Shown piece by piece: positions 1-12,400 of a stretch of DNA of 35,488 nucleotides; within the stretch, counting starts at the first letter, position 1; each line of letters opens with the position of its first letter. Origin of the DNA: an uncultured Desulfobacteraceae bacterium (GTDB taxonomy: Bacteria > Desulfobacterota > Desulfobacteria > Desulfobacterales > JAABSP01); the NCBI GenBank assembly GCA_964396575.1, contig CAYNGG010000001.1:1-35488 (forward strand), given 5' to 3'. The translations under genes were made by a program, and so were the position numbers. The notes under the pieces were generated by a model. The model saw only the letters and a list, made by a program, of their open reading frames with translations. It searched no databases and was not told where the DNA came from.

Positions 1-54
1 GCGCTTCCTTGGTAAGGAAGAGGTTCACCGGTTCGATTCCGGTCGTGGGCTCCA
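1..54 (+). tRNA. tRNA-Thr (anticodon GGT), 3' portion cut by the window edge
   Basis: Anticodon stem CTTCC/GGAAG with 7-nt loop TTGGTAA gives anticodon GGT. T-arm is ACCGG-TTCGATT-CCGGT, followed by the acceptor 3' strand, discriminator and an encoded CCA ending at 54. A tRNA-Thr upstream of tuf is the classical tufB-operon context. Confidence 0.85.
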
Positions 55-176
55 TCTATTGTTTTGGGTCGGCCGAGACGGGCCTGAAGGGTCACCCCGC
101 GTTTTGGGCGGATTAGCGCTGTACGCAGACGCAACGGTTTCGAACGAAACTATAGTCACCACGGGAGGTAGAGGAG

Positions 177-1370
<1,194 letters not shown>

Positions 1371-1391
1371 CAGCGAAGAAGGAGTCTGGGC

Positions 1392-1541
1392 GTGAGAGTC
1401 ATCATTACCCTTGCATGTACGGAATGCAAACGCAGAAACTATACGACGACGAAGAATAAGCGGACGACGCCGGACAAACTCCAATTTCGGAAATACTGCA
1501 GATTCTGCAGGACCCACACCCCCCACAAAGAAACGAAGTAA
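1392..1541 (+). CDS. rpmG: 50S ribosomal protein L33 (49 aa, GTG start, Cys4 zinc form)
   Basis: Not in the ORF track because it is under 60 aa. Manual translation gives [50 protein letters not shown], a typical L33 with CxxC...CxxC. AAGGAG RBS at 1379-1384. Canonical position before tRNA-Trp/secE. Confidence 0.93.
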   Translation: MRVIITLACTECKRRNYTTTKNKRTTPDKLQFRKYCRFCRTHTPHKETK

Positions 1542-1610
1542 GCTCGAGTGGGGGCGTGGTCATGTGAGCGGACGGCGCCGCCGCCGCCACGTGACGGGGG
1601 CAATGAATGC

Positions 1611-1686
1611 AGGCCAGTAGCTCTAACGGTAGAGCATCGGACTCCAAATCCGAGTGTTGGGGGTTCGAATCCCTCCTGGCCTGCCA
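1611..1686 (+). tRNA. tRNA-Trp (anticodon CCA)
   Basis: 76-nt cloverleaf. Acceptor AGGCCAG/CTGGCCT, anticodon loop CTCCAAA (anticodon CCA), T-loop GGTTCGAATCC, encoded 3' CCA. Canonical position between rpmG and secE. Confidence 0.93.
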
Positions 1687-1808
1687 TTCATTGAATTCCG
1701 GTTTTCCCCGCGCCTGAGCGCATGGGAGCGCAAAGCTCAAGGGATGACGGCCGCCGGAATCCAGATCGGCCGCCGGTACTTTGGGCTTTCGATTTTTTTA
1801 GGAGCGAG

Positions 1809-2195
1809 ATGGGACGGCTACTCAAGAAGAAAGACACGACCAAAAAGAAGAAAAAGGATGCCGAGGCCAACGCCGATGCGGCCGCCGTGACGACCGATGC
1901 GCCCGCGGGGGGAAAGCATTCCGCGGTTACCGGTGAAGGCAAGAAACGCCCTGTACCCCCGCCTCAGAAGAAGGGATCGGGGGCGACCAAGGCCGCCGGC
2001 GAAAAGAACATATTCGGCAAGAGCATCCAGTTTTTGCGCGAGGTCCGGGCTGAGCTGAAGAAGGTGACGTGGCCGTCCCGCAAACAGACGCTGGGCTCCA
2101 CGGCGGTCGTCATTGTCCTCGTCATGATCATCTCACTTTATCTTGGATTGGTGGACGCTGGGCTGTCCAGTCTAGTTCGAATCGTGCTGCCCTAA
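1809..2195 (+). CDS. secE: Preprotein translocase subunit SecE (128 aa with Lys/Ala-rich N-terminal extension)
   Basis: C-terminal ...FLREVRAELKKVTWPSRKQTLGSTAVVIVLVMIISLYLGLVD... is the conserved SecE amphipathic helix plus TM. The ATG at 1809 has an AGGAG RBS about 8 nt upstream; the track start at 1722 has none. Lies directly upstream of nusG. Confidence 0.85.
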   Translation: MGRLLKKKDTTKKKKKDAEANADAAAVTTDAPAGGKHSAVTGEGKKRPVPPPQKKGSGATKAAGEKNIFGKSIQFLREVRAELKKVTWPSRKQTLGSTAVVIVLVMIISLYLGLVDAGLSSLVRIVLP

Positions 2196-2213
2196 TCCAA
2201 CGGGGGGATCGCC

Positions 2214-2738
2214 ATGGCAATAAAGTGGTACATCGTCCACGTTTATTCGGGCTTTGAGGCAAAAGTCAAAAAAGCCCTGGAAGACCGCATCGCCGTTTCT
2301 CCACACGGGAGCAAGTTCGAGGAGATCATCGTTCCGACTGAGCAGGTTGTGGAGTTGGTCAAGGGCAAACGGAAAACCTCTTCCAGAAAATTCTATCCCG
2401 GGTACATCCTCGTGCGCATGGAGCTGGATGACGAGACCTGGCATATTGTCAACAATACTGACAAAGTGAGCGGCTTTCTCGGCGGTCGGGATAGGCCGGC
2501 CCCCATTTCAGATGCCGAGGCCGATCAGATCCTGAGCCGGATGCAGGCCGAGAAGCCCAGGCCCAAGTATTTATTCGATATCGGCGATGAGGTTCGGGTC
2601 ATTGATGGACCGTTCACCAACTTCAACGGGACCGTGGAGGATGTGAATCCGGAAAAGGGCAAGATCAAGGTCCTGGTGAGCATTTTTGGTCGGTCAACCC
2701 CGGTGGAGCTGGAGTTTGTTCAGGTAACGAAGCTATAA
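2214..2738 (+). CDS. nusG: Transcription termination/antitermination factor NusG (174 aa)
   Basis: N-terminus [15 protein letters not shown] and a C-terminal KOW region ([21 protein letters not shown]). secE-nusG-rplK synteny. Confidence 0.96.
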   Translation: MAIKWYIVHVYSGFEAKVKKALEDRIAVSPHGSKFEEIIVPTEQVVELVKGKRKTSSRKFYPGYILVRMELDDETWHIVNNTDKVSGFLGGRDRPAPISDAEADQILSRMQAEKPRPKYLFDIGDEVRVIDGPFTNFNGTVEDVNPEKGKIKVLVSIFGRSTPVELEFVQVTKL

Positions 2739-2816
2739 CCCCGAAGGGTCGAGGAATGCTTCGGCGTTCATCCGCCCGGTGCCCCGGCCCTCGGGAATAA
2801 GAAGCGAAGGTGCGTA

Positions 2817-3239
2817 ATGGCAAAGAAGGTTATCGCGCAAATCAAGCTGCAGGTGATGGCGGGCAAGGCCAATCCGTCGCCTCCCATTGGGCCGGCGCTG
2901 GGGCAACACGGCGTCAACATCATGGATTTCTGCAAGGCGTTTAACGCTCGGACCGCCAATGACGAGGGGATGATCACCCCCGTTGTGATCACGGTTTACC
3001 AGGACCGGACATTCACCTTTATCACCAAAACCCCGCCGGCATCCGTGCTCCTGAAGAAGGCGGCAAGCCTGGAAAAGGGGTCCGGAGATCCGAAGCGCGA
3101 AAAAGTCGGAAAGGTCACTCAGGCCCAGGTTGAGGAGATCGCTCAGCAGAAGATGGTCGACCTGAATGCGTACAACCTGGACGCCGCATGCCGCATCGTC
3201 GCGGGCACGGCCCGAAGTATGGGAATTGAGGTTGTCTAA
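2817..3239 (+). CDS. rplK: 50S ribosomal protein L11
   Basis: [43 protein letters not shown] is a canonical L11 N-terminus. Synteny supports it. Confidence 0.98.
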   Translation: MAKKVIAQIKLQVMAGKANPSPPIGPALGQHGVNIMDFCKAFNARTANDEGMITPVVITVYQDRTFTFITKTPPASVLLKKAASLEKGSGDPKREKVGKVTQAQVEEIAQQKMVDLNAYNLDAACRIVAGTARSMGIEVV

Positions 3240-3266
3240 CGGAACGTAAGGAGTGAGTGAGGTACC

Positions 3267-3971
3267 ATGCCGAAGCGGGGGAAGAAATACATCGAGGCAA
3301 GAAAGCGGCTGACCACCGGTACGCGGCCCGAGCTGCCGGATGCCATTCAGACGGCCATTGATATGTCTTATGCGAAATTCGATGAGGCCTTCGACGTGGC
3401 GGTCCGGTTGGGGGTAGATCCCCGCCACGCCGACCAGATGGTCCGGGGGACGGTGGTCCTGCCCAACGGGATTGGCAAGGAAGTGGCGGTCCTGGTTTTT
3501 GCCAAGGGCGAAAAGGAAAAGGAAGCCGAGGACGCCGGCGCCGATTTTGTCGGAAACGACGATCTGATCGAAAAGATCAAGGAAGGCTGGTTCGGTTTCG
3601 ACAAGGCGGTGGCGACGCCGGATATGATGGGATCGGTGGGCAAGATCGGGCGGCTTTTGGGTCCCCGGGGCCTGATGCCCAACGCCAAAACCGGCACGGT
3701 GACCTTTGACGTCTCCAAGGCGGTCCAGGAGCTCAAAGCCGGCAAGATCGATTTTCGGGTGGAGAAGGCCGGGATCGTCCACGCCACCATGGGCAAGGTT
3801 TCTTTTGGGACCGAAAAGCTCATGCAGAACGTGTCCGCCTTTCTGGATACCATCATGCGACTGAGGCCGTCCGCCAGCAAGGGGGCTTACCTGAAAGGGA
3901 TGGCCGTCTCAACGACCATGGGTCCCGGTATCAAGGTCGATATGGCTTCAGTGAAGGATTTGTTCAAATAA
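3267..3971 (+). CDS. rplA: 50S ribosomal protein L1
   Basis: Typical L1 sequence ([26 protein letters not shown]). Follows rplK. Confidence 0.98.
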   Translation: MPKRGKKYIEARKRLTTGTRPELPDAIQTAIDMSYAKFDEAFDVAVRLGVDPRHADQMVRGTVVLPNGIGKEVAVLVFAKGEKEKEAEDAGADFVGNDDLIEKIKEGWFGFDKAVATPDMMGSVGKIGRLLGPRGLMPNAKTGTVTFDVSKAVQELKAGKIDFRVEKAGIVHATMGKVSFGTEKLMQNVSAFLDTIMRLRPSASKGAYLKGMAVSTTMGPGIKVDMASVKDLFK

Positions 3972-4234
3972 TCGCACCAGCCTGACAACCGTTTCCGGAA
4001 TTCACTATCAAGGCTTTACAACTGTTCCGTCAAAGACCGCGGGTATCCGGAAGCCGCCCCGCCGGGGGGCGACTTTCCGGATCTAATGGCGTCATGTCCG
4101 CCTGCCGAGACGGGGACCATTTGCAAACGATCGCATCGGATGCTCAATCTACTTCACGTTGATGTCGTTTTACGTCCAAGTCGCCTGGGTCCGCGATGGA
4201 AAAGTCGCCTCGGAAAGGAGGTGTTACTAAACCG
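3972..4234 (+). promoter_or_regulatory. rplA-rplJ spacer: putative L10 (rplJL) leader with a long stem-loop at 4045..4082
   Basis: A 263-nt non-coding gap, the largest inside the cluster. Imperfect hairpin ATCCGGAAGCCGCCCC-GCCGG-GGGGCGACTTTCCGGAT, about 15 bp. In E. coli and others this spacer carries the L10(L12)4 autoregulatory leader. The structure was only read by eye. Confidence 0.5.
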
Positions 4235-4762
4235 ATGAGTATGAAGCTGGATCGAAAAAAGGAAGTGGTCGCGGAGCTGAAAGAGAAGTTTTCCCGCGCC
4301 AGGGTGGTGATCCTCACCGACTACAAGGGGCTGAACGTCGGGAATATCAATGATCTCCGCAAGCGACTGTGGGATGTCGATGTCGAGTACCGGGTCGTTA
4401 AAAACTCCCTGTTGACCCGGGCCGCGGACGGCACCGGCGTCGAGGAGCTTAAGGATCATTTCATAGGCCCAAGTGCCGTGGCTTTGAGCTACGACGACCC
4501 GGTGGCTCCGGCCAAGGTCCTGAGTCAGTACGCCAAGGAGAACGATAAGCTCGGTCTCCGGGCGGGCGTGCTCAATGGCAAGCTCCTCGACGAGACGCGG
4601 ATCAAGGCATTGGCCGATTTGCCGTCCCGGGAGACGCTTCTTGCCCAGCTTTTGGGCGCCATGCACGAGGTCCCGGCCGGATTTGTCCGGGCCATTGCCG
4701 GCGTGCCCCGAGGGTTGCTAAACGTCCTTCAGGCGATCAAGGACCAGAAGGAAGCGGCGTAA
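4235..4762 (+). CDS. rplJ: 50S ribosomal protein L10 (175 aa)
   Basis: MSMKLDRKKEVVAELKEKF... is a typical L10. AAAGGAGG RBS at 4215-4222. The track start at 4196 lies upstream of that RBS. The ATG at 4241 is an alternative start. Confidence 0.93.
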   Translation: MSMKLDRKKEVVAELKEKFSRARVVILTDYKGLNVGNINDLRKRLWDVDVEYRVVKNSLLTRAADGTGVEELKDHFIGPSAVALSYDDPVAPAKVLSQYAKENDKLGLRAGVLNGKLLDETRIKALADLPSRETLLAQLLGAMHEVPAGFVRAIAGVPRGLLNVLQAIKDQKEAA

Positions 4763-4843
4763 TCCGGGCCGGTTGGCCGGTCCATGCCGCTCCCTGAGGC
4801 AGACAACAACGTGACAGAGCATCAACATGACGTGGAGGAAAAG

Positions 4844-5227
4844 ATGGCGGATATTACCAAAGACGATGTGATCGAGTTTATTTCCAATATGACGGTTCTG
4901 GAGCTGTCGGAGCTCGTCAAGGAGCTGGAAGAGAAGTTCGGCGTTTCCGCCGCTGCGCCAATGGCCATGATGGCCGCGGCTCCTGGGGCCGAGGGCGGTG
5001 CCGAGGCCGAGGAGAAGACCGAGTTCGATGTCATCCTGACGGCGGCCGGCGACAAGAAGATTCAGGTGATCAAGGAGATCCGGGCCATTACGGGGCTGGG
5101 ATTGAAGGACGCCAAGGCGCTCGTGGACGAGGCCCCCAACCCGGTCAAGGAGGGGATTGCCAAGGAAGACGCCGAGAAGATCAAGGCCCAGCTCGAAGAA
5201 GCGGGGGCTCAGGTGGAATTGAAGTAA
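4844..5227 (+). CDS. rplL: 50S ribosomal protein L7/L12 (127 aa)
   Basis: [34 protein letters not shown]..., then an Ala-rich hinge and a conserved CTD ending VELK. GGAGGA RBS at 4834-4839. The track start at 4784 adds a non-homologous 20 aa. Confidence 0.96.
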   Translation: MADITKDDVIEFISNMTVLELSELVKELEEKFGVSAAAPMAMMAAAPGAEGGAEAEEKTEFDVILTAAGDKKIQVIKEIRAITGLGLKDAKALVDEAPNPVKEGIAKEDAEKIKAQLEEAGAQVELK

Positions 5228-5251
5228 TCCGGACGTCAGGGACGGATGATC

Positions 5252-5284
5252 GGGATACGGGGGCTGCAGTGGCCCCCGTATCCC
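5252..5284 (+). terminator. 13-bp perfect hairpin in the rplL-rpoB spacer (putative partial terminator/attenuator or processing site)
   Basis: GGGATACGGGGGC (5252-5264) pairs with GCCCCCGTATCCC (5272-5284) around a 7-nt loop. It is followed by GTTGTCG, not a clean T-run. E. coli has a partial terminator at the same position. Confidence 0.55.
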
Positions 5285-5320
5285 GTTGTCGATATCGACA
5301 CCCCACGATTTGGAGCGCAC

Positions 5321-8300
5321 ATGTCTGAAAGGCCCGTCGCAATTAAGCGCATACGGAAAAATTTTGGCAAGATCCGCAAGATCGTCGAGATCCCCGATCT
5401 CATCGGCATGCAACGGGAATCCTATATGCGGTTTTTGCAGATGGATACACCGCCGGATGCCCGACGGGTTGTCGGCCTCCACGCGGTGTTTAAATCCGTC
5501 TTTCCCATCAAGGACTTTACCGACAGTGCATCCCTTGAATACGTTTCCTACCGGTTCGGTGAGGTCAAGCACGGAGTGGAAGAATGTATTCATCGGGGAA
5601 TGACCTATGAGCTGCCGGTGCGCATCACCGTCCGTCTGGTGGTTTACGAAACGGACAAGGAAGCCAACACCCGCAACATCCGCGATATCAAGGAACAGGA
5701 GATCTTCTTCGGAACGATCCCCCTGATGACTGAAAAGGGCACTTTTATCATCAACGGCACCGAGCGGGTGGTGGTGAGCCAGCTTCACCGGTCTTCCGGG
5801 GTCTTTTTCGACCATGACAAGGGCAAGTCCCATTCCAGCGGAAAGGTGATCTACTCATCCCGGATCATTCCGGTACGGGGCTCCTGGATCGACATGGAGA
5901 TCGATCCCAAGGACATCGTCTATATCCGGATCGACCGCCGGCGGAAGTTCCCGGTGACTCTCCTGTTCAAGGCCTTCGGGTACACCACCGAAGACCTGCT
6001 GACCTATTTCTACAGCACCGAGACGGTGCTTATCGAGTCGGATGGAGAGGACCCGGGCACCCTGTTCTACAAGGTCTTTGACGAGGAGCTCATCCGGGGC
6101 CAGCGGGCCAGCCGGAACATACACCATCCTGATACGGGCGAAATTATGGTCAAGGCGGGCCGGCTTTTCACCCGGAGGGCCACTCGTCAAATCAAGACGG
6201 CCAATATGGAACGGATTCCCATCGAAAAAGACGATGTTATCGACAAGATTTTCGCCGTGCCGGTGATCCATCCCGAAACCGGTGCGATTCTTGCCCGGGC
6301 CAATGACCCGGTGGCCGACGAGAACCTGAGCGCCATAGTTGACGCCGGGATCGGCAAGATCGATATCCTGCACATTAACGGCGTATCCACCAGCGATTCC
6401 ATCCGAAAGACCCTGCTGCTGGACAAAGTGGACGGCAAGGATGACGCCCTTCTGGAGATCTACCGGCGGCTCCGGCCCGGCAATCCGGCTACCCCCGAGG
6501 TGGCCCAGGAGTTCGTTGACCACCTGTTCTTCAAGTCCGCTTATTACGACCTTTCCGGCGTGGGCCGAATGAAGATCAATCTCCGGCTGGGGGTCGATAC
6601 GCCCGTGAACGTCACGACGCTCCGCAAGGAAGATATTCTGCTGACCGCCAAAACCCTGGTCGAGCTTCGGGACACTCAGGGAATGGTCGATGACATCGAC
6701 CACTTGGGCAATCGGCGTGTCCGGGCCGTGGGCGAGCTGCTGGAAAACCAGTATCGGATCGGTTTGGTCCGGATGGAGCGGGCCATTAAGGAGCGGATGA
6801 GCCTCCAGGAGGTGGACGCGCTGATGCCCCATGACCTGGTCAATCCCAAGCCCGTATCCGCCGTGATCAAGGAGTTCTTCGGCACCAGCCAGCTCTCTCA
6901 GTTCATGGATCAGACCAACCCGCTTTCCGAGACCACTCATAAGCGCAGGCTTTCGGCGCTGGGGCCGGGCGGTCTCACCCGGGAGCGGGCCGGCTTCGAG
7001 GTGCGGGATGTCCACCCCTCACATTACGGCCGGATCTGCCCCATCGAGACCCCCGAAGGTCCCAATATCGGCCTTATCGTCTCCCTGAGCACCTATGCCC
7101 GGGTCAACGAATACGGATTCATCGAGACGCCTTACCGGGTGGTGGCGGACTCTACGGTGAGCAGCGATGTGCGATTCCTGTCCGCTTTTGAGGAAAAGGA
7201 GCACCCCATCGCTCAGGCCAATGCCCCGGTGGACGCGAACAACGAGTACATCAACCCGCTGGTCACCTCCCGGGTGATGGGCGAGTTCATGATGGTCAGC
7301 CGGGAAGACATCGAGCTGATGGACATTTCACCGAACCAGTTGGTGAGCGTGTCCGCTTCTCTCATCCCCTTTCTGGAAAACGACGACGCCAACCGGGCGC
7401 TCATGGGGTCGAACATGCAGCGTCAGGCCGTGCCCCTCATCCGGAGCGAGGCGCCCCTGGTGGGCACCGGGATCGAAAGCGTGGTGGCCAAGGATTCGGG
7501 GGTTTCAGTGGTGGCCCGTCACGACGGGGTGGTGGTCGATGTGGATGCCTCCCGGATCGTGCTCCGTTATGATCCGCCCGAAGGAGAGCCCGCGGACGAG
7601 GAGACCCGGCGGGTGGAGCGGTCCCCGGTGACCATTTACAACCTTTCCAAATTTGTTCGGTCTAACCAGAACACCTGTTTCAATCAGCGGCCCATTGTCC
7701 AGTTGGGCCAGAGGGTCGAGGCGGGCGAGATCATCGCTGACGGGCCGGCTACCGAGCAGGGGGAGCTGGCATTAGGGAAAAACGTCACCGTGGCCTTCAT
7801 GCCGTGGGGCGGGTACAACTTTGAGGACTCGATTCTGGTTTCCGAGCGGCTGGTGCGCGACGGGGTTTACTCTTCGGTCCACATCGAGGAATTCGAGGTG
7901 GTGGCCCGGGACACCAAGCTAGGCAAGGAAGAGATCACCCGGGATATTCCCAATGTCGGCGACGAGGCCCTCCGGGATCTCGATGACAGCGGGATCGTCC
8001 GGCTCGGGGCCGAAGTGACCTCAAGCGATATCCTGGTGGGCAAGATTACTCCCAAGGGCGAGACTCAGCTTTCGCCTGAGGAGAAGCTGCTCCGGGCCAT
8101 ATTCGGGGAGAAGGCCGGGGACGTCAAGGATACTTCTCTGCGGGTTCCCCCGGGTGTGGACGGCATTGTCATCGACGCCAAGGTCTTCTCCCGGCGGGGG
8201 GTGGATAAGGACGATCGAACCCGGGATATCGAGGACGAGGAGATTCTCCAGCTCGAAAAGGACCGGGACGACGCGCGGAACGTCCTCACCGACGTGGTCA

Positions 8301-9478
8301 AGTCTCAGCTCAAAAAGCTGATGGCCGGCAAGACGCCGGCGGCGCCCCTGAAGCGGAGCAAACGGGTAGTGATCAGCAAGGAAACGACCATCACGGCGGG
8401 GATGATCGACGGGATGGCGGTGGCCGAATTCGAGGGGATCGTTCTGGATGATCCCGCCCAGACGGAGCGGGTCCACGAGCTGCTTGACCTCTACAAAGCC
8501 CAGTGTGATCAGTTTCAGTCGGAGTTTGAGCAGAAGGTCAGCCGGTTTGAAAAAGGCGATGACCTGCCGCCGGGAGTCATTAAGATGGTCAAGGTTTACG
8601 TGGCCATGAAGCGGAAGCTTTCCGTGGGCGACAAAATGGCCGGGCGCCACGGAAACAAGGGCGTGGTCTCGCGGCTTTTACCCCAGGAGGATATGCCCTA
8701 TTTCGAAAACGGCACCCCGGTGGACATGGTCTTAAACCCCTTGGGGGTTCCATCCCGGATGAACGTCGGTCAGATCCTGGAGATTCATCTCGGCCACGCG
8801 GCCAAGGGGCTCGGGGACCGGATCAACCGGCTCGTCGAGGACAATCGGCTCGATGAGCTCCGGGATGTTTTCAACCGGATTTTCTCCACTGAAACGGAAC
8901 AGGACCAGGCGGCCCGGAAGACCATCGAGGGCTTCGATGATCAGAAGCTCCGGGATTTCGTCAGGCATTACAAAAACGGGGTTCACATGGCCACGCCGGT
9001 CTTTGACGGGGCCAAGGAAGCCGAGATCAAGGACCTTCTGGAGACCGGACATCTCTCCCGGACCGGTCAGGCCACGCTCTACGATGGGCGGACGGGCGAG
9101 CCTTTCCGCGAGACGATCACGGTGGGGACCATGTATATGCTCAAGCTCCACCATCTGGTGGATGACAAGATCCACGCCCGGTCCATCGGTCCGTATTCCC
9201 TGGTCACCCAGCAGCCTTTGGGGGGCAAGGCTCAGTTTGGCGGACAGCGGCTGGGCGAGATGGAGGTCTGGGCCATGGAAGCCTATGGTGCCGCTCATGC
9301 CCTGCAGGAGTTTTTGACGGTCAAGTCGGACGATATGGCCGGTCGCACCCGGATGTACGAAAAAATTGTCAAGGGACAGAATATCCTGGAGCCGGGTCTG
9401 CCGGAGTCCTTCAAAGTCCTCACCAAGGAGCTGCAGAGCCTCGGGCTGGACATCAGCCTCCTGGAAGGGGAGAGCTAA
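5321..9478 (+). CDS. rpoB: DNA-directed RNA polymerase subunit beta (1385 aa)
   Basis: Full-length conserved RpoB (..RKNFGKI..., [42 protein letters not shown]). The ATG at 5321 has GGAG 5 nt upstream. The track start at 5246 would place the hairpin inside the CDS. Confidence 0.97.
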   Translation: MSERPVAIKRIRKNFGKIRKIVEIPDLIGMQRESYMRFLQMDTPPDARRVVGLHAVFKSVFPIKDFTDSASLEYVSYRFGEVKHGVEECIHRGMTYELPVRITVRLVVYETDKEANTRNIRDIKEQEIFFGTIPLMTEKGTFIINGTERVVVSQLHRSSGVFFDHDKGKSHSSGKVIYSSRIIPVRGSWIDMEIDPKDIVYIRIDRRRKFPVTLLFKAFGYTTEDLLTYFYSTETVLIESDGEDPGTLFYKVFDEELIRGQRASRNIHHPDTGEIMVKAGRLFTRRATRQIKTANMERIPIEKDDVIDKIFAVPVIHPETGAILARANDPVADENLSAIVDAGIGKIDILHINGVSTSDSIRKTLLLDKVDGKDDALLEIYRRLRPGNPATPEVAQEFVDHLFFKSAYYDLSGVGRMKINLRLGVDTPVNVTTLRKEDILLTAKTLVELRDTQGMVDDIDHLGNRRVRAVGELLENQYRIGLVRMERAIKERMSLQEVDALMPHDLVNPKPVSAVIKEFFGTSQLSQFMDQTNPLSETTHKRRLSALGPGGLTRERAGFEVRDVHPSHYGRICPIETPEGPNIGLIVSLSTYARVNEYGFIETPYRVVADSTVSSDVRFLSAFEEKEHPIAQANAPVDANNEYINPLVTSRVMGEFMMVSREDIELMDISPNQLVSVSASLIPFLENDDANRALMGSNMQRQAVPLIRSEAPLVGTGIESVVAKDSGVSVVARHDGVVVDVDASRIVLRYDPPEGEPADEETRRVERSPVTIYNLSKFVRSNQNTCFNQRPIVQLGQRVEAGEIIADGPATEQGELALGKNVTVAFMPWGGYNFEDSILVSERLVRDGVYSSVHIEEFEVVARDTKLGKEEITRDIPNVGDEALRDLDDSGIVRLGAEVTSSDILVGKITPKGETQLSPEEKLLRAIFGEKAGDVKDTSLRVPPGVDGIVIDAKVFSRRGVDKDDRTRDIEDEEILQLEKDRDDARNVLTDVVKSQLKKLMAGKTPAAPLKRSKRVVISKETTITAGMIDGMAVAEFEGIVLDDPAQTERVHELLDLYKAQCDQFQSEFEQKVSRFEKGDDLPPGVIKMVKVYVAMKRKLSVGDKMAGRHGNKGVVSRLLPQEDMPYFENGTPVDMVLNPLGVPSRMNVGQILEIHLGHAAKGLGDRINRLVEDNRLDELRDVFNRIFSTETEQDQAARKTIEGFDDQKLRDFVRHYKNGVHMATPVFDGAKEAEIKDLLETGHLSRTGQATLYDGRTGEPFRETITVGTMYMLKLHHLVDDKIHARSIGPYSLVTQQPLGGKAQFGGQRLGEMEVWAMEAYGAAHALQEFLTVKSDDMAGRTRMYEKIVKGQNILEPGLPESFKVLTKELQSLGLDISLLEGES

Positions 9479-9488
9479 GGAGACGGTT

Positions 9489-12400
9489 TTGGAAACCTTA
9501 TACGATTTTTTCGCCAAGCCGAAGGACCCCCGCCAGTACAACGGAGTCAAGATTTCCCTGGCCTCTTCAGCGCAGGTCCGGCAGTGGTCCCACGGGGAGA
9601 TCAAAAAACCGGAGACCATCAACTACCGGACTTTCAAACCAGAGCGGGACGGGCTGTTCTGTGCCAAGATTTTCGGGCCCACCAAGGATTACGAGTGCAA
9701 TTGCGGAAAATATAAGCGCATGAAGCACCGCGGGGTCATCTGCGAGAAGTGCGGCGTGGAGGTGATCCAATCGAAGGTCCGCCGGGAGCGAATGGGACAC
9801 ATCGATCTGGCGGCCCCGGTGGCTCATATCTGGTTTTTAAAGAGCCTCCCCTCCAAGATCGGAAACCTCCTGGACCTGACCCTCAAGAACATGGAAAAGG
9901 TCCTCTACTTCGACTCCTACATTGTCATCGACCCCAAGGAGACCGATCTCCAGAAGGGCCAGCTCCTGTCGGACGAAAAGCTCCATGAGGCAATGGAGAG
10001 TTACGAGGGGCGGTTCGAGGCCGGCATCGGGGCTGAAGCGGTCAAGGTCATGCTGGAGAGCATTGATTTGGAGGGCCTCTACACCCAACTCCGGTCCGAC
10101 ATCCGCGCCACCAACTCGACGGCCAAACGGCAGAAGCTCTCCAAGCGCCTGAAGATCGCCGATTCCTTCCGCCGATCGGGAATCGAGCCTGGCTGGATGA
10201 TCATGGATGTCATCCCGGTGCTTCCCCCCGACCTCCGGCCGTTGGTGCCCCTGGAGGGGGGACGGTTTGCCACCTCCGACTTGAACGATCTCTACCGCCG
10301 GGTGATCAACCGGAACAACCGGCTTCAGCGGCTGATGGACCTGAACGCCCCTGACATCATCGTCCGGAACGAAAAGCGGATGCTTCAGGAATCGGTGGAC
10401 GTCCTCTTCGACAACGGCCGGCACGGGCGGGTGATTACCGGCACCAACAAGCGGCCTTTGAAATCCCTGAGTGACACCCTCAAGGGCAAGCAGGGCCGGT
10501 TCCGTCAGAACCTGCTGGGCAAGCGGGTTGACTATTCGGGCCGGTCCGTGATTACCACCGGGCCGACATTGCGTCTCCACCAGTGTGGACTGCCCAAGAA
10601 GATGGCCCTGGAGCTTTTCAAGCCGTTTGTTTACTACCGCTTGGAGCAAAAGGGGCTGGTCTCGACGGTGAAAAGCGCCAAGAAGCTGGTGGAGAAGATG
10701 ACTCCCGAGGTCTGGGACACCCTGGAGGAGGTGGTCCGAGAGTACCCGGTGCTCCTCAACCGGGCCCCGACCCTCCACCGGCTCGGCATCCAGGCATTTG
10801 AGCCGACCCTCATCGAGGGCAAGGCCATCCAGCTTCACCCCCTGGTCTGTACCGCCTTCAACGCGGACTTTGACGGGGACCAGATGGCGGTCCATATCCC
10901 TCTGTCGGTGGAGTCCCAGATCGAGGCCCGGGTTCTGATGCTCTCCTCCAACAATATCCTCTCTCCGGCCAACGGCAGTCCGATCATCGTGCCGAGTCAG
11001 GACATCGTCCTGGGGACGTATTACATGACCATCGCCATGGAGGGGGCGAAGGGGGAAAAGAGCGTCTTCGCCAACACTGACGAGGTCCGGGCCGCTTATG
11101 ACGCCGGGGCCGTGGATCTCCATGCCGCCATCGAGGTCCGGGTGGATGGCGAGCGGGTCTCGACTACTGTCGGCCGCGTCCTCTTGTGGGAGGTGATCAT
11201 GAGCTTGCCTCGGCGGGGCGTGAAGTTCGATGTGGTCAACAAGGTGATGGACAAAAAGACCCTCCAGGGGCTGGTGGATCATATTTATCGCCTCCTCGGG
11301 GCTAAGGCCACGGTCATTCTTTCTGACCGGCTCAAGGACATCGGCTACGAATACTCCACCCAGGGCGGCCTGTCCATCTCCATCGACGCCATGATCATAC
11401 CCAAGGCCAAACGGAATATCCTGGATCAGGCCGAGGGCCAGGTAGCGGAAATTTCCCGGCAGTACACCGAGGGGCTCATCACTCAGGGGGAAAAGTACAA
11501 TAAGGTCGTCGATATCTGGGCCCGAGCCACCGATGAGGTGGCCAACGAGATGATGGATGCCATGAAGGCCGAGCTCCACACCTCCGGCGGCTCCGACGGC
11601 GAGGGCCGGCGGACTCTCAACCCGATTTTCATGATGGCGGACTCCGGGGCCCGGGGCAGCAAGGACCAGATGCGGCAGCTCGCCGGAATGCGGGGCCTCA
11701 TGGCCAAGCCGTCGGGGGAGATCATCGAGACCCCCATTACCGCCAACTTCCGGGAAGGGCTCTCGGTGCTCCAGTATTTCATCTCCACCCACGGAGCCCG
11801 AAAGGGGCTGGCCGATACCGCGTTGAAGACCGCCAACTCGGGGTACCTGACCCGGCGGCTGGCCGATGTGGCCCAGGACAGCATCGTCATGGAAGACGAC
11901 TGCGGGACCATGATGGGCGTGGAAGTGGAGCCGCTCATCGAGGGCGGTGAGATTATCCAGCGGCTCGGCGAGCGAATCCTGGGCCGGGTGGTGGCCGAGG
12001 AGGACATCCTCGACCCCTTTACCGATGAGGTCTTGGTGAAAGTGGGCGAGGATATCGACGAGGCCGCGGTGGCGAAGATTGAAAACGCCGATATCACACG
12101 GGCCAGGATCCGGTCGGTTCTCACCTGCAGGAGCCGGTACGGTGTCTGCGCCAAGTGCTATGGCCGGGATCTGGCCCATGGTCACCGGGTGGAGGTGGGT
12201 CAGGCCGTGGGGATTCTGGCGGCCCAGTCCATCGGCGAGCCGGGAACTCAGTTGACCATGCGGACCTTCCACATTGGGGGGACCGCCAGCCGTCGGGTGG
12301 AGCAGGCGGACATCCGCTGTCGGATCGACGGAACGATCAAGTTCACCGACATCAACGTGATTAAAAACGCCCAGGGCCGCCAGGTGGTCATGAACCGGCG

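Noticed and set aside
1687-1808. The tRNA-Trp to secE spacer, which has a repeated CGGCCGCCGG motif and a T-run (GATTTTTTT). It was considered as a terminator or small RNA.
   Set aside because: I could not draw a convincing stem immediately preceding the T-run, and the T-run directly abuts the secE RBS. There is insufficient support from sequence alone.
5246-5320. Upstream-extended longest-ORF starts in the track: rpoB 5246, rpoC 9366, rplL 4784, rplJ 4196, secE 1722, rpsJ 15853, rplD 16868 and rplX 21414.
   Set aside because: The extensions overlap the preceding gene, RBS or hairpin and add residues with no homology to the conserved N-termini. Downstream starts have properly spaced Shine-Dalgarno motifs.
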